A stretch of 64,000 nt of DNA from Bryobacterales bacterium (GCA_965248235.1 CBDFIU010000002.1:913396-977395), one strand, 5' to 3'; positions 17,361 to 26,247 are shown, counted from the stretch's first letter. Notes: generated by a model not told the origin, from the sequence alone. A program made the numbers and translations.

Positions 17361-18167
17361 GTGAGCCTGACCGCCGAGCAGCTCCGCGCCCGCGAGGGCA
17401 AGCTGACCGCCAGCCGCGTCAAGGTCCTGATGGACGGCGGCGACAAGGATCTCTATGACCTGTGGAGGGAACTCACGGGCGACCCCTCTTATGAGCAACC
17501 CGACTTGTCGGGCGTGTGGGCGGTACGGCTGGGCGAGGCGACCGAGACGTTGAACCTCGACTGGTACGAGCACAGGACAGGGCGCCCCCTCAGCCGCCGG
17601 GGCGAAGTCGTCACATCGCAAGAGCGTCCCTGGGCAGCAGCAACCCTCGACGGCTTCGACGCCTCCCGCCCCGACGGCCCTGCGGTGGTCGAGGCCAAGC
17701 ACGCCGGCGGCTTCGAGCCGTTTGAAACAGTCGTTGCCCGCTACATGCCGCAGCTTCACTGGCAGATGTACGTGACGGAAACACGGCTGGCCATCTTATC
17801 CGTCATCGAGGGAGCGCGGGCGCCGAGGTTTGAGGAAGTACCGCTCGACCTCACCTATCTGGCTGAACTGCTGCGCCGGGCCGTTCTGCTGTGGCAATGC
17901 GTTGAAACGCTGACGCCGCCTGTCGTGTTGCCACCTGTCGAGCCGCCGAAGCCTGCGATCAGGGAAGTAGACATGACGGACAACCCGGATTGGACGGGTC
18001 CGGCCACTGCGTGGCTTGAGAACCGCCATGCGGCCAAGGCTTTCCGCTCGGCGGAGAAGGCGATCAAGGAACTGGTTCCCGCCGATGCCAGGCGCGTCCA
18101 CGGGCACGGAGTGGAAGTCAAGCGCAGCAGCAACGGATCGCTGCGGATAGGAGAGACAAAGCAATGA
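17361..18167 (+). CDS. YqaJ/lambda-Exo-like recombination exonuclease (PD-(D/E)xK)
   Basis: RBS GGAGG before GTG 17361. Motifs GKLTASRV, ATLDG and VEAKH. Confidence 0.8.
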   Translation: MSLTAEQLRAREGKLTASRVKVLMDGGDKDLYDLWRELTGDPSYEQPDLSGVWAVRLGEATETLNLDWYEHRTGRPLSRRGEVVTSQERPWAAATLDGFDASRPDGPAVVEAKHAGGFEPFETVVARYMPQLHWQMYVTETRLAILSVIEGARAPRFEEVPLDLTYLAELLRRAVLLWQCVETLTPPVVLPPVEPPKPAIREVDMTDNPDWTGPATAWLENRHAAKAFRSAEKAIKELVPADARRVHGHGVEVKRSSNGSLRIGETKQ

Positions 18168-18967
18168 CAACAACGGAAGTCACGGAAACGGCCCCGAACG
18201 GCGCGGAAATTATGGAGCAGATCATCGTCAAGGGTGATCTGTCTAAACTCACGCCGGAGGAACGCGGCCAATACTATATGACGGTCTGTAAGTCGGTGGG
18301 CCTCAATCCGCTGACCAAGCCGTTCGAGTACATCTCGCTCAACGGCAAGCTGACCCTCTACGCGCTGCGGGCCTGCACCGACCAGCTGCGCGCGATCCAC
18401 GGCGTGTCCGTGGAGGAGATGACGGAAAGCGAGCGCGACGGCGTGTTCGTCGTCACGGCCAAGGTCAAGGACAAGGCGGGGCGGACCGACATCTCGAAGG
18501 GCGCGGTGTCGATCGGCAATCTCAAGGGCGACGCACTTTGCAACGCCCTGATGAAATGTGAAACAAAAGCCAAGCGGCGGGCGACGCTTTCGATCTGCGG
18601 TCTCGGATTTCTGGACGAGTCCGAGATCGAGACGATTCCCGACAGCGCGAAGGCCGGGCCCCGCGACGCGACGCCGAAGCGCGAGCCGCCCCAGGCCATC
18701 GCGGCTCGACCGCCCGCGGACCCGAAGACGGGCGCGCCGCTGCCACCGTCGCACATTCCGACGGGCGAGAAACCAAATTGGACGGCATGGGGCACGATGC
18801 TGGCCGCCGCCCTGAAAGCCGGCCCGCCCGAGCAAGCGACGGCGTGGATGGAGAAGAACCAGACGTCGCTGGACGCCTGCAAGGAGAAGGCCCCCAAGAT
18901 TCACCGGCGCCTGCTGGAAATCGCCACAAAAAGAACCACCGATACCAATTCAAAGGAGGCCGCCTAA
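18164..18967 (+). CDS. RecT/Red-beta-family single-strand annealing protein
   Basis: VGLNPLTKPFEYI and MKCETKAKRRATLSICGLGFLDESE resemble Bet/RecT motifs. It is ATGA-coupled to the exonuclease gene. Confidence 0.65.
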   Translation: MTTTEVTETAPNGAEIMEQIIVKGDLSKLTPEERGQYYMTVCKSVGLNPLTKPFEYISLNGKLTLYALRACTDQLRAIHGVSVEEMTESERDGVFVVTAKVKDKAGRTDISKGAVSIGNLKGDALCNALMKCETKAKRRATLSICGLGFLDESEIETIPDSAKAGPRDATPKREPPQAIAARPPADPKTGAPLPPSHIPTGEKPNWTAWGTMLAAALKAGPPEQATAWMEKNQTSLDACKEKAPKIHRRLLEIATKRTTDTNSKEAA

Positions 18968-19414
18968 ATGCCAGTCGTCAATTTCCCCGAGGTGGACGAG
19001 GCGCAGGACTTTTCCCCGTTGCCGGAAGGGGAGTACCTGTGCGGCATCGCGTCGATCGACGCGGACAAACACACGGCCGCCGGGGACGAGATGTGGGAGC
19101 TTCGGCTAATCGTCGAGGACGGCGATTGCCGGGGCCGGAGCCTCTTCGACCGCATCAGCTTCGGGAGCGCGGCCCTGCCGCGCGTGAAGCTGCTATGCGG
19201 GCAACTGGGGATCGACGTGACCGGAAGCCTGGATATCCAACCCGAACTGCTGATTGGCCGCGCGGTCTACGTCACGGTCGCCACCCAGTCGTACGAGGAC
19301 AGGCGCACGGGCGAGGAGAAGAAGGTCAGCAAGGTCGCGTTCGCCGGCTACCGCCGCGCGGGCGGAGGCGCGGCCCCGCAAGCCGACATCTCCGACGAGG
19401 ATCTTCCCTTCTGA
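18968..19414 (+). CDS. DUF669/gp2.5-like ssDNA-binding protein with an SSB-type acidic tail
   Basis: N-terminal FSPLPEGEY pattern and a C-terminus ending DISDEDLPF (compare E. coli SSB, DDDIPF). Confidence 0.6.
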   Translation: MPVVNFPEVDEAQDFSPLPEGEYLCGIASIDADKHTAAGDEMWELRLIVEDGDCRGRSLFDRISFGSAALPRVKLLCGQLGIDVTGSLDIQPELLIGRAVYVTVATQSYEDRRTGEEKKVSKVAFAGYRRAGGGAAPQADISDEDLPF

Positions 19415-19833
19415 TGCAAGTCCTTCTGACACGCTCGATTTCCGGCCTCAAGGCGGCGGACCTGCATGCGGCCGAGGCGCTGGCAAAGATCAAGCCCGGC
19501 CAGGAAGTGCGCTGCGAGATCAAACGGGTCCGCAATTCCAAGCAGCTGCGGCTGTATTGGGCGCTGATTGACGTCTGCTGGCATCATCAGGACCGCTACG
19601 CGACCAAGCAGGACCTCTCCGACGTGATCAAGGTGGCCGTCGGCCATTCGGATGAGGTTGTCACCAAATCGGGCCGGACGGTTGCCCGCCCTAAGTCGAT
19701 CGCCTTTGGCAACATGCCGCAGGAGGCTTGGGAGGACTTTTTCAGCCGGGTCATTCAGTTCGTGTGCGAGCGGATTATTCCGGGGACCAATGACGCCGAG
19801 CTATGTGCCCACTTGGAGGAGTTGGTCGGTTAA
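19414..19833 (+). CDS. NinB/Orf-like (DUF1367-like) recombination mediator
   Basis: RVRNSKQLRLYWALIDV and SIAFGNMPQEAWEDFFSRV parallel lambda NinB RNRSLDQNRKLWA and STSRMRVGEFAELL. TGATG-coupled start. Confidence 0.5.
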   Translation: MQVLLTRSISGLKAADLHAAEALAKIKPGQEVRCEIKRVRNSKQLRLYWALIDVCWHHQDRYATKQDLSDVIKVAVGHSDEVVTKSGRTVARPKSIAFGNMPQEAWEDFFSRVIQFVCERIIPGTNDAELCAHLEELVG

Positions 19834-19846
19834 GGAAAGGAAAGAC

Positions 19847-20320
19847 ATGCTGGAAATTCCTAACGGTTCTATCAAACAGACCTCGAAAACCACGCTCGAA
19901 GGAGCGGAAGAAACCTATCTCAGCGGCAAGCTGGTGCTGGAGGGCGACCTGACCGAGAGGGCGGCGGACGCCCTGGGCTGCCTTGGCGCGATTCGCGACA
20001 GCCTGCCGGCCTTCACCATTCCGAAAACCAGGCTGAAGGAAGGCGGTGACAACAAGTACCCGCACTCGCTCAGCCTGGGGGACGGGAACGGCGGCGGCCT
20101 GGCGCTGCCCAATGTCTCGGTCCACGCCATGAAGGGCGAGGTCCGCGATGGCCTGGCGAAGCTGACCCTCACGGCCACCTTCGACGACGTGATGAGCAAG
20201 GCGGTGTCGGATTTCCACGGCGATCATCCTTCATTCATCGGCACGCTCAAGGTATTGCCGGCGGACGATCCCGAGCAGGCGCAGATGGACTTTGAGGATG
20301 AGGCGGAACAGGCTACCTAG
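19847..20320 (+). CDS. Hypothetical acidic protein
   Basis: RBS AAGGAAAGG before ATG 19847, inside track ORF 19652..20320. Confidence 0.5.
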   Translation: MLEIPNGSIKQTSKTTLEGAEETYLSGKLVLEGDLTERAADALGCLGAIRDSLPAFTIPKTRLKEGGDNKYPHSLSLGDGNGGGLALPNVSVHAMKGEVRDGLAKLTLTATFDDVMSKAVSDFHGDHPSFIGTLKVLPADDPEQAQMDFEDEAEQAT

Positions 20321-20327
20321 GCTCCAG

Positions 20328-20741
20328 GTGAGCCGCTTATGGTCGAACCTTCGCCGCCGCGATCCGCACCCGCTGTTCACCCGCGAGGAACTGGAGCGCT
20401 GGCTGATCGAGTCGAGCTACGGGAGGAAAGGAATCGGCTGGCGCTGCGAGTACGGCGTGAAATGCAACCGCTATCTGGGGCTGTCGGAGGTATCGCTGGA
20501 CCACAAGACGCCGCTCAAGCTTTTGCGGATCACGACGCTCGACAACCTGGCCGTGTGCTGCAAGGCGTGCAACCGGGTCAAGGGCGATCTCGACGGCAAA
20601 CACTTCCGGCAGCTAATCGAGCTGCTCGACACTTGGCCGCCGGAGTACCGCCGGAGCGTGCTAGGGCGCTTGGGGCAGCCGCCGGGCCAGTGGGCCTACA
20701 AGCGGCGCGGGAAGAACGGGAGCTTTGCTGTCAGGGCATAG
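20328..20741 (+). CDS. HNH endonuclease
   Basis: Motif SLDHKTPLK...NLAVCCKACNRVKG. The GTG 20328 start avoids overlap with the previous gene (the track ORF starts at 20292). Confidence 0.8.
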   Translation: MSRLWSNLRRRDPHPLFTREELERWLIESSYGRKGIGWRCEYGVKCNRYLGLSEVSLDHKTPLKLLRITTLDNLAVCCKACNRVKGDLDGKHFRQLIELLDTWPPEYRRSVLGRLGQPPGQWAYKRRGKNGSFAVRA

Positions 20742-20749
20742 AGGATTCT

Positions 20750-20935
20750 ATGGAACTAGCGATTGCGTTGGTAGTGTTCTCATCCTGGGCGCTGTTGAGG
20801 CTGTCCAAGGGCTGTTATCACCGCCGTATCACGAGGCCGCGCCAGGACGGGGAAGGTGCCTACGTGCGCTGCCTGGACTGCGCGGCGCGGATTGCTGCGC
20901 CGGTGTGGGACATGGAGCGAGGACAAACGTCTTGA
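20750..20935 (+). CDS. Small TM protein with a CxxC pair
   Basis: MELAIALVVFSSWALL followed by CLDCAARI. It is the C-terminal part of track ORF 20339..20935. Confidence 0.35.
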   Translation: MELAIALVVFSSWALLRLSKGCYHRRITRPRQDGEGAYVRCLDCAARIAAPVWDMERGQTS

Positions 20936-20960
20936 CTCGGGCGCGAAAATGGGTTGTAAT
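20932..20960 (+). promoter_or_regulatory. Sigma70-like promoter: TTGACT, 17 nt spacer, TGTAAT
   Basis: Read directly from the sequence. It lies at the start of a 258-bp ORF-free region. Confidence 0.5.
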
Positions 20961-21019
20961 ATTCCTGTCGCGGCAAAATCCGCGACCGGGATTAGAACTC
21001 TGCAACCGTCAAGCGCCCA

Positions 21020-21044
21020 GGCGCTCATTCTGTAGCGCCTTTTT
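21020..21044 (+). terminator. Rho-independent terminator (GGCGCT, 8-nt loop, AGCGCC, TTTTT) about 55 nt downstream of the promoter
   Basis: Stem and T-run read directly. The upstream AGCGCC at 21012-21017 could compete for the same GGCGCT arm. Confidence 0.55.
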
Positions 21045-21193
21045 CGTGCCCGCTATGGTGGGCCGGGCGGGGGCGCCCTCGGGCGCGCCGCTTTCCTTGA
21101 TGGGCGGTAGTTCTAACCCTGCCCGGTCCGCCACCCTATGCCGATTAGAACCGGCGGGTGGCGTTTCGTTCACCTCACGTCAAGGAGACATCC

Positions 21194-21436
21194 GTGCACA
21201 AGAGCACCCCGCGTTCCCCGCATTCCCCGTTTCAACAACTCCTATTTCCACCTACGGTCGCCGAAGTGCTCGACACGTCTCCGGGCGTGCAGCAGAACGG
21301 CAACGTCGAGACCGCCTGGAAGCTGGTCGCCGATCTCAACTATCACAGCGGCGGCGAGATTCTGGTTCTGGCGCTGGCGATCGGCTGCCTGTGCCGCGAG
21401 CTGAGCGGGCAGGACCGTCCCGGCTGGGTTTCGTAG
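21194..21436 (+). CDS. Hypothetical 80-aa protein
   Basis: RBS AAGGAG before GTG 21194, inside track ORF 21158..21436. Confidence 0.45.
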   Translation: MHKSTPRSPHSPFQQLLFPPTVAEVLDTSPGVQQNGNVETAWKLVADLNYHSGGEILVLALAIGCLCRELSGQDRPGWVS

Positions 21437-21448
21437 TAAGGGGGCAGC

Positions 21449-22306
21449 ATGAGCAATAAAACCGCGCTTGTCAAATACGATGCGGCCAGACGTGCTCTCG
21501 CGGCCGCCCGGGCGGTCGATGAAGTCAAGGACATCCGCGACAAGGCTGAGGCCATGCGGGTCTATGCCCGTCAGGCCAAGGACCGCCAGCTTGAGATCGA
21601 CGCCGCCGAAATCCGTATCCGGGCCGAGCGGCGGCTGGGCGAGATGATCCAGGCGCAGAAAAAGACAGTCGGCCTCAATGTTGGAGCAAAGGGGTCTATT
21701 GTCACCGGTACTTCTAGAGGACCACTGAAGATTGTCACCGGTACTTCTAGAGGACCACTGAAGGATGACCGCCCCACCCTCGCCGATGCCGGCATCAGCA
21801 AAAACCTGTCGAGCCGCGCTCAGAAGCTCGCCGCCGTGCCGGAGGACAAGTTCGAGGAGCTGGTCGGCGAATGGCGCGGGAAGGCGTCTGCCAGCGACAG
21901 CCGCATCGCGGTAAGCCTGACGCCGCAAGAGTCCGCCAACCAAGCGGCGCGAAACGGCAAGACCGGCTCAGCCAGTTCCAAGAAAACAAAGACCTTACCG
22001 CCGGCTTCCGCCGCCAAGCTCCAGGCCAAGGTAGAGCAACTGGAGAACGCGTTGACCGCCGCCAGGATGGAGATCGAGGAGAAGGCGGCGAAGATTGACG
22101 AGCTCGAGGAGCGGATCGCCTTCATCCAGGCCGAATCCTCCCCCGTCGCCGCCGTGCGCGAGGAGAAGTTCAACAACTACCGCGCTCACATCCGAACCCT
22201 CAAAGGATCGGTGGGTCAGTGGCAGACCAAGTTCCAGGAATCGAATGCCGAAAACAGGTTTCTGCGGAAGCGCCTGCGGGCCTTGGGGGAGAACATCCGG
22301 CCATGA
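21449..22306 (+). CDS. Conserved prophage protein of unknown function (KYDAARRALA...VKDIRDKAEAMRVYARQAK family) with a C-terminal coiled coil
   Basis: The N-terminal motif is recognised from many proteobacterial prophages (memory only). It contains a perfect in-frame 33-bp tandem duplication. Confidence 0.65.
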   Translation: MSNKTALVKYDAARRALAAARAVDEVKDIRDKAEAMRVYARQAKDRQLEIDAAEIRIRAERRLGEMIQAQKKTVGLNVGAKGSIVTGTSRGPLKIVTGTSRGPLKDDRPTLADAGISKNLSSRAQKLAAVPEDKFEELVGEWRGKASASDSRIAVSLTPQESANQAARNGKTGSASSKKTKTLPPASAAKLQAKVEQLENALTAARMEIEEKAAKIDELEERIAFIQAESSPVAAVREEKFNNYRAHIRTLKGSVGQWQTKFQESNAENRFLRKRLRALGENIRP

Positions 22307-23834
22307 TTCCGCCGCTCAGGGACTATCAGTCCGCGTCGATCGAGTTATTGCGCGAAGGCATACGCGACGGCCATCCGCGGCAGATCCTCTGTGCCCCAAC
22401 CGGATCGGGAAAGACGCTTGTGGGCGCTTATCTGATCGCCGAGGCGGCGGCCAAGGGATCGAAGGCAGCCTTCGTCTGCGACCGCGTGGCGCTGGTCAAC
22501 CAGACTTCGAAGGTGTTCACCGAATTCGGGATTCCCCACGGCGTGGCGCAGGGTCAAAACACATTCGGGCGCTCTCTGCCGGTTCAGGTCTGCTCGGCCC
22601 AGACGATCGAGGCGCGAGGCTTTTGGCCCGATCTCGATCTGGTCATCATCGATGAAGCCCACACCCAGCGCAAGGCCACCCTGAAGTTCATCAAGGCCAT
22701 CGGGAAGCCCGTGATCGGACTTACCGCCACTCCTTCAGCCGGGGGCTGGGAGCAACGTACTCCCGAGTGGTGAACGTCACCACCACCGACAAGTTGATTG
22801 CCGATAAGTGGCTGGCGCCATTGAAGGTCTACGCGGCGCAGGAAATCGATATGAAGGGTGCGAAGACCAACGGCGGCGAGTGGCTGGCGTCGGAAGTCGA
22901 GCGGCGCGGCGTCAGGATCGTCGGGGATATCGTCGCTGAGTGGGGGGCGAAGACCGGCAAGCACTTCGGCAAGCCCGTGAAGACGATCGTGTTCTCGGCC
23001 ACGGTGGATCACGGCGAGGAGCTGTGCCGCGCTTTCCAGGAAGCGGGCCACGACTTCCGGCAAGTCTCCTACAAGGACGGCAACGATGAGTCGAGAGCGG
23101 AGTTAATCGAGGCTTTCCGGCGCGGGGAGGTAATGGGGCTGGTCTCGTGCGAGGCCTTGGCGAAGGGCTTCGATGTGCCGGACATCCTGTGCGGCATCGC
23201 GGCGCGGCCCTACCGCAGATCGCTCGCTTCCCACATCCAGCAGATCGGCCGCGTGATGCGCCCCGCGCCGAATAAAGACTTTGCTTTATGGCTCGATCAC
23301 GCGGGCAACTACCTGGGTTTTCTGGAAGAGACCCTGGATTTTTTCGCGCAAGGGGTCAACGAGCTCGACGACGGCGAGCGGGGCCGCGTGGTGCGTAAGC
23401 GGTTCAGCAACGGCGAAGCGCCGAAGTGCCGGCGCTGCGGCTACGTATGGGGCGAGGGAGAGGAAGCGAATCTTTGTCCTTCGTGCGGGCTGGAGCGCGG
23501 CCGGAGCCGCTCGCGGATGGCGGTGGCCCCGGGCCGCATGGAGGAGGTCGAGGGAGCCAGGGCGCTAGAGAGGGACTGGGCCTCGGACAAACGCTTCGTC
23601 TGGGAGCACATACAGAGGATCGCCAGCGCGCGCTGGCGCAGCGAGCAGCGTGCCCGTAAGTTCGCCCAGGCGCAGTATTACAACTGGTTCGATAAGTGGC
23701 CGCGCCGAGCCTTCCAGTTCACTAACGGTCCGGCCGATGTGCGCGTGGAGCGGCGTGTCATGCAGCAGCTCAACAAGTGGCGCAGGCAGCAGTACGCCAA
23801 CCAGAAATCGATCGGGCCGAGGAACGCGGCATGA
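22303..23834 (+). pseudogene. SF2 DEAD/DEAH-box helicase, frameshifted at about 22731-22736
   Basis: Walker A APTGSGKT, IIDEAH and GLTATP are in ORF 22219..22773. The continuation FSRGLGATYSRVVNVTTTDKL...QQIGRVMR is in ORF 22767..23834. One missing nt after ACTCCTT joins them. Confidence 0.8.
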
Positions 23835-24727
23835 GGCAGCCGACGAGGGAAGAGGTAGCCGGGGCCCTGTCGTGGATCTCGCCCGGCGACCGCGACGTCT
23901 GGGTGCGGATGGCGATGGCCTGCCGCTCGGCTCTCGGGGACGGCGGCTGGGCGGTCTGGGACGAGTGGTCACAAGGCTCGGAGAGCTACCGGCCCCAGGA
24001 CGCGGCGGCGGTCTGGCGCTCGGTGCTGCCCACCGGCGGCGTCACGGTGGGCAGCCTGTTCGAGCTGGCCCGCCGCGCCGGATATCGGCCGAGCGAAGCG
24101 GGCCGGTTTCGCCCGCGACACCCAAGATCGCATCGGCCTCCGCCCGTCGATGACGGCCCCTCGCGCGAGCAGGCGGCGGCGAGAGCGCGGGCGATGCTGG
24201 ACGAAGCCACCCTTGACACGCACCCCTATCTGGCGCGGAAGGGTTTCCCCGAGAGGAAGATGTTCGTGCTCGACGAGGCCCTGCTGGTGCCGATGCGGCC
24301 CATTGACGATTATGGAAGCGTCGCCAGCCTGCAACAGATTTGGCCGGACGGAACCAAGAAATTCTTGCGGGGCGGCAGGGCCTCGGGCTGCGTTCTCCAT
24401 TTGGGATTGGGCCGCGAGCAATGGTGGTGCGAGGGCTTGGCGACCGGGCTGTCGGTGCTGGCCGCCCTCGACCGGTTATACCGGCGGGCGCGGGTCACGG
24501 TGTGCTTCTCGGCTTCGAACCTCGCCCGGGCGGCGCGCCGCGGCATCGTGATCGCCGACCACGACGAAAAGAGCGGAGCCGGGGAAAAGGCGGCGCGGGC
24601 CACGGGGCTTGACTGGTGGCTGCCGCCCGAACCGGGCGACGCCAACGATTTCCATCAGGCCTACGGGGTGCGGGCGCTGGCCGACGAGCTCCGCAAGATT
24701 TTGAACGAGAGGAGCCGCGCCGCATGA
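23831..24727 (+). CDS. DNA primase (PriCT-2 N-terminal domain plus Toprim)
   Basis: WVRMAMACRSALGDGGWAVWDEWSQGSESY (PriCT-2-like), CEGLATGLSV and IADHDEKSGAGEKAA (Toprim-like). ATGA-coupled to the helicase. Confidence 0.7.
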   Translation: MRQPTREEVAGALSWISPGDRDVWVRMAMACRSALGDGGWAVWDEWSQGSESYRPQDAAAVWRSVLPTGGVTVGSLFELARRAGYRPSEAGRFRPRHPRSHRPPPVDDGPSREQAAARARAMLDEATLDTHPYLARKGFPERKMFVLDEALLVPMRPIDDYGSVASLQQIWPDGTKKFLRGGRASGCVLHLGLGREQWWCEGLATGLSVLAALDRLYRRARVTVCFSASNLARAARRGIVIADHDEKSGAGEKAARATGLDWWLPPEPGDANDFHQAYGVRALADELRKILNERSRAA

Positions 24728-24797
24728 GCGTCCGCATCGTCCAGGCCGACTGCAAGCGATGCGCTCAGCCATCGCTACCGCTGGAGGGCGACGCGGC

Positions 24798-25019
24798 GTG
24801 AGTCTCCAAGCGCCACCCGCGGCCGAGCGGCACTACTCGCCGAACGAGTTGGCCGGGCTGTGGGGAGTGTCCGCGACGACGATCCGCCGCTGGTTCGACC
24901 GGGAGCCGGGCGTGGTGAGATTCGGAAGCGAGGGCTTGCTCAACAAGCGGCGGAAGATATTGCTGCGCATTCCGGCGAGCGTCGCCCGGCGCGTCCACGA
25001 GAGGTTGGTGGTGAAGTGA
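24798..25019 (+). CDS. Excisionase/AlpA-like HTH DNA-binding protein
   Basis: YSPNELAGLWGVSATTIRRWF, directly upstream of and overlapping the integrase start. Confidence 0.6.
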   Translation: MSLQAPPAAERHYSPNELAGLWGVSATTIRRWFDREPGVVRFGSEGLLNKRRKILLRIPASVARRVHERLVVK

Positions 25020-25942
25020 TGATCCGAATGCCGCGACGGCGTAGAATGGAGCGCATGCTCACTCTCTACCGCCGTCATGCGCCCGCCTGCCCGCACCGCG
25101 AGAAAGGCGCGGCTCATCTCAAATGCGATTGCCCGCTTTGGGCCTGGGGCTCGCTGCCGAACGGCCAGTGGACCCGGAAATCGCTCGGCACCCGCAGTAT
25201 CTCTCAAGCCCGCCGCGTCATCGAGCGCTGGGAGCGCGATCAGCGAACCGGCGCGCCGCCCTCCGTCGAGTTCGCGACCGAAGCGTTCCTGTTGAAGCAC
25301 AAGGATTCGGCATGCGCTACCCGGATCAAGTACGCCAAGGTGATGCGGCTGTTTCGCGCATTCTCGGAGCGCACCGGCCACGACAGGATCGACGCCATTA
25401 CCGTGGAGACCTTCGACCACTACCGCAAGACCCGCGATATCGCCCCGCTGACCTGGGTGAAGGAATTACAGGTATTGCGGTCTTTTTGTGAGTTCTGTGT
25501 TCGCCGAGATTGGCTGAGGCGGAATTTCGCGAGGGAGGTTGAGACTCCCAAGGGGTTGCGGCCTTCGGATCGGGAGCCGTACAGCGAGGCCGAAATGGCC
25601 GCAATTCTCAAGGCTTGCGAGAGGATCGGCCAAGAGCACTACGAGCGGCTGCGGGCAAGGGCACTCGTGCTCGCCATGCGGTATGCCGGCTTGTCGATAC
25701 GAGATGCTTACCTGCTTCGGCGCGATGCCACGAACGCAAAGAGTCATCGCTTTCGCCACACGCTTGCTACCCGGATGCTCGAACAGGGCGCCAGCTTCGA
25801 GGACGTGGCCGCCGTACTGGGCAACAGCGCCAGAATCGTCGAGAAGCACTACGCGAAATGGTCCAAGGGGCGACAGGAGAGAATCAACCGCTATTTCCGT
25901 GCCGCTCATGGGATGAACGAGGAGAACCGTCTTGTGCACTGA
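25019..25942 (+). CDS. Tyrosine integrase, apparently lacking the segment between box I and HxxR
   Basis: Box I ALVLAMRYAGLSIRDA, then HRFRHTLAT only about 12 aa later, then LGNSARIVEKHY. It lies next to attR/tRNA. Confidence 0.75.
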   Translation: MIRMPRRRRMERMLTLYRRHAPACPHREKGAAHLKCDCPLWAWGSLPNGQWTRKSLGTRSISQARRVIERWERDQRTGAPPSVEFATEAFLLKHKDSACATRIKYAKVMRLFRAFSERTGHDRIDAITVETFDHYRKTRDIAPLTWVKELQVLRSFCEFCVRRDWLRRNFAREVETPKGLRPSDREPYSEAEMAAILKACERIGQEHYERLRARALVLAMRYAGLSIRDAYLLRRDATNAKSHRFRHTLATRMLEQGASFEDVAAVLGNSARIVEKHYAKWSKGRQERINRYFRAAHGMNEENRLVH

Positions 25943-25947
25943 GACCC

Positions 25948-25966
25948 GTTGTACGCCAGTTGTACA
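25948..25966. promoter_or_regulatory. Candidate integrase arm-type site (GTTGTACGCCAGTTGTACA)
   Basis: Partner of 1185-1203. Confidence 0.5.
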
Positions 25967-26013
25967 ACGCAGTTTTTGGCGGTAGTAAGTTGTTGAAAAT
26001 AAAAACAAAAACA

Positions 26014-26039
26014 CTGGTGGACCTGGAGGGAGTCGAACC
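26014..26039. repeat. attR core within the tRNA-Ala 3' end
   Basis: Identical to 1080-1105. Confidence 0.85.
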
Positions 26040-26090
26040 CTCGACCTCTTCCATGCCATGGAAGCGCGCTCCCAACTGCGCCACAGGCCC
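26015..26090 (-). tRNA. tRNA-Ala (anticodon GGC), 76 nt with encoded CCA
   Basis: Manual fold of the reverse complement GGGCCTGTGGCGCAGTTGGGAGCGCGCTTCCATGGCATGGAAGAGGTCGAGGGTTCGACTCCCTCCAGGTCCACCA. It gives a 7-bp acceptor stem with G3:U70, anticodon loop AUGGCAU, and T-loop GGTTCGA. Confidence 0.9.
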
Positions 26091-26211
26091 CTCGAACGTA
26101 ACTTTACGCTCAGAATAGCATGAGCCGGCGATCGCGCCTGGCGAACAACCGTCGCTGCGGCCGCCGGCCTGCGCTCTTTGGGCCTTCTCGTGCCTGGCGG
26201 CTCGCGACCCC

Positions 26212-26247
26212 AAAAAGGTCGGCCCCGCGGTTTGTGCTGCGGGGCCG
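26212..26247 (-). terminator. Rho-independent terminator of the 26277..27971 gene
   Basis: An 8-bp GC stem (26221-26228 with 26239-26246) followed on the minus strand by TTTTT. Confidence 0.6.

Larger units (their letters stand above)
1080..26090. mobile_element. ~25 kb phage-like integrative element (cryptic prophage or satellite-like) inserted in tRNA-Ala(GGC)
   Basis: The 26-bp direct repeat at 1080-1105 equals 26014-26039 (the tRNA 3' end). The integrase lies next to the tRNA. cI/cro, recombination and replication modules lie inside. No capsid, terminase, tail or lysis ORFs were recognised. Confidence 0.8.

Noticed and set aside
17855-18904. 349-aa minus-strand ORF, and similar long antisense ORFs (3223..3978, 21242..21943, 28498..29823, 43107..44363, 50786..51784, 52165..53406, 61575..63152)
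   Set aside because: Each overlaps a plus- or minus-strand gene with clear family motifs. They have Arg/Gly/Pro-rich low-complexity translations and lack RBS or start context.
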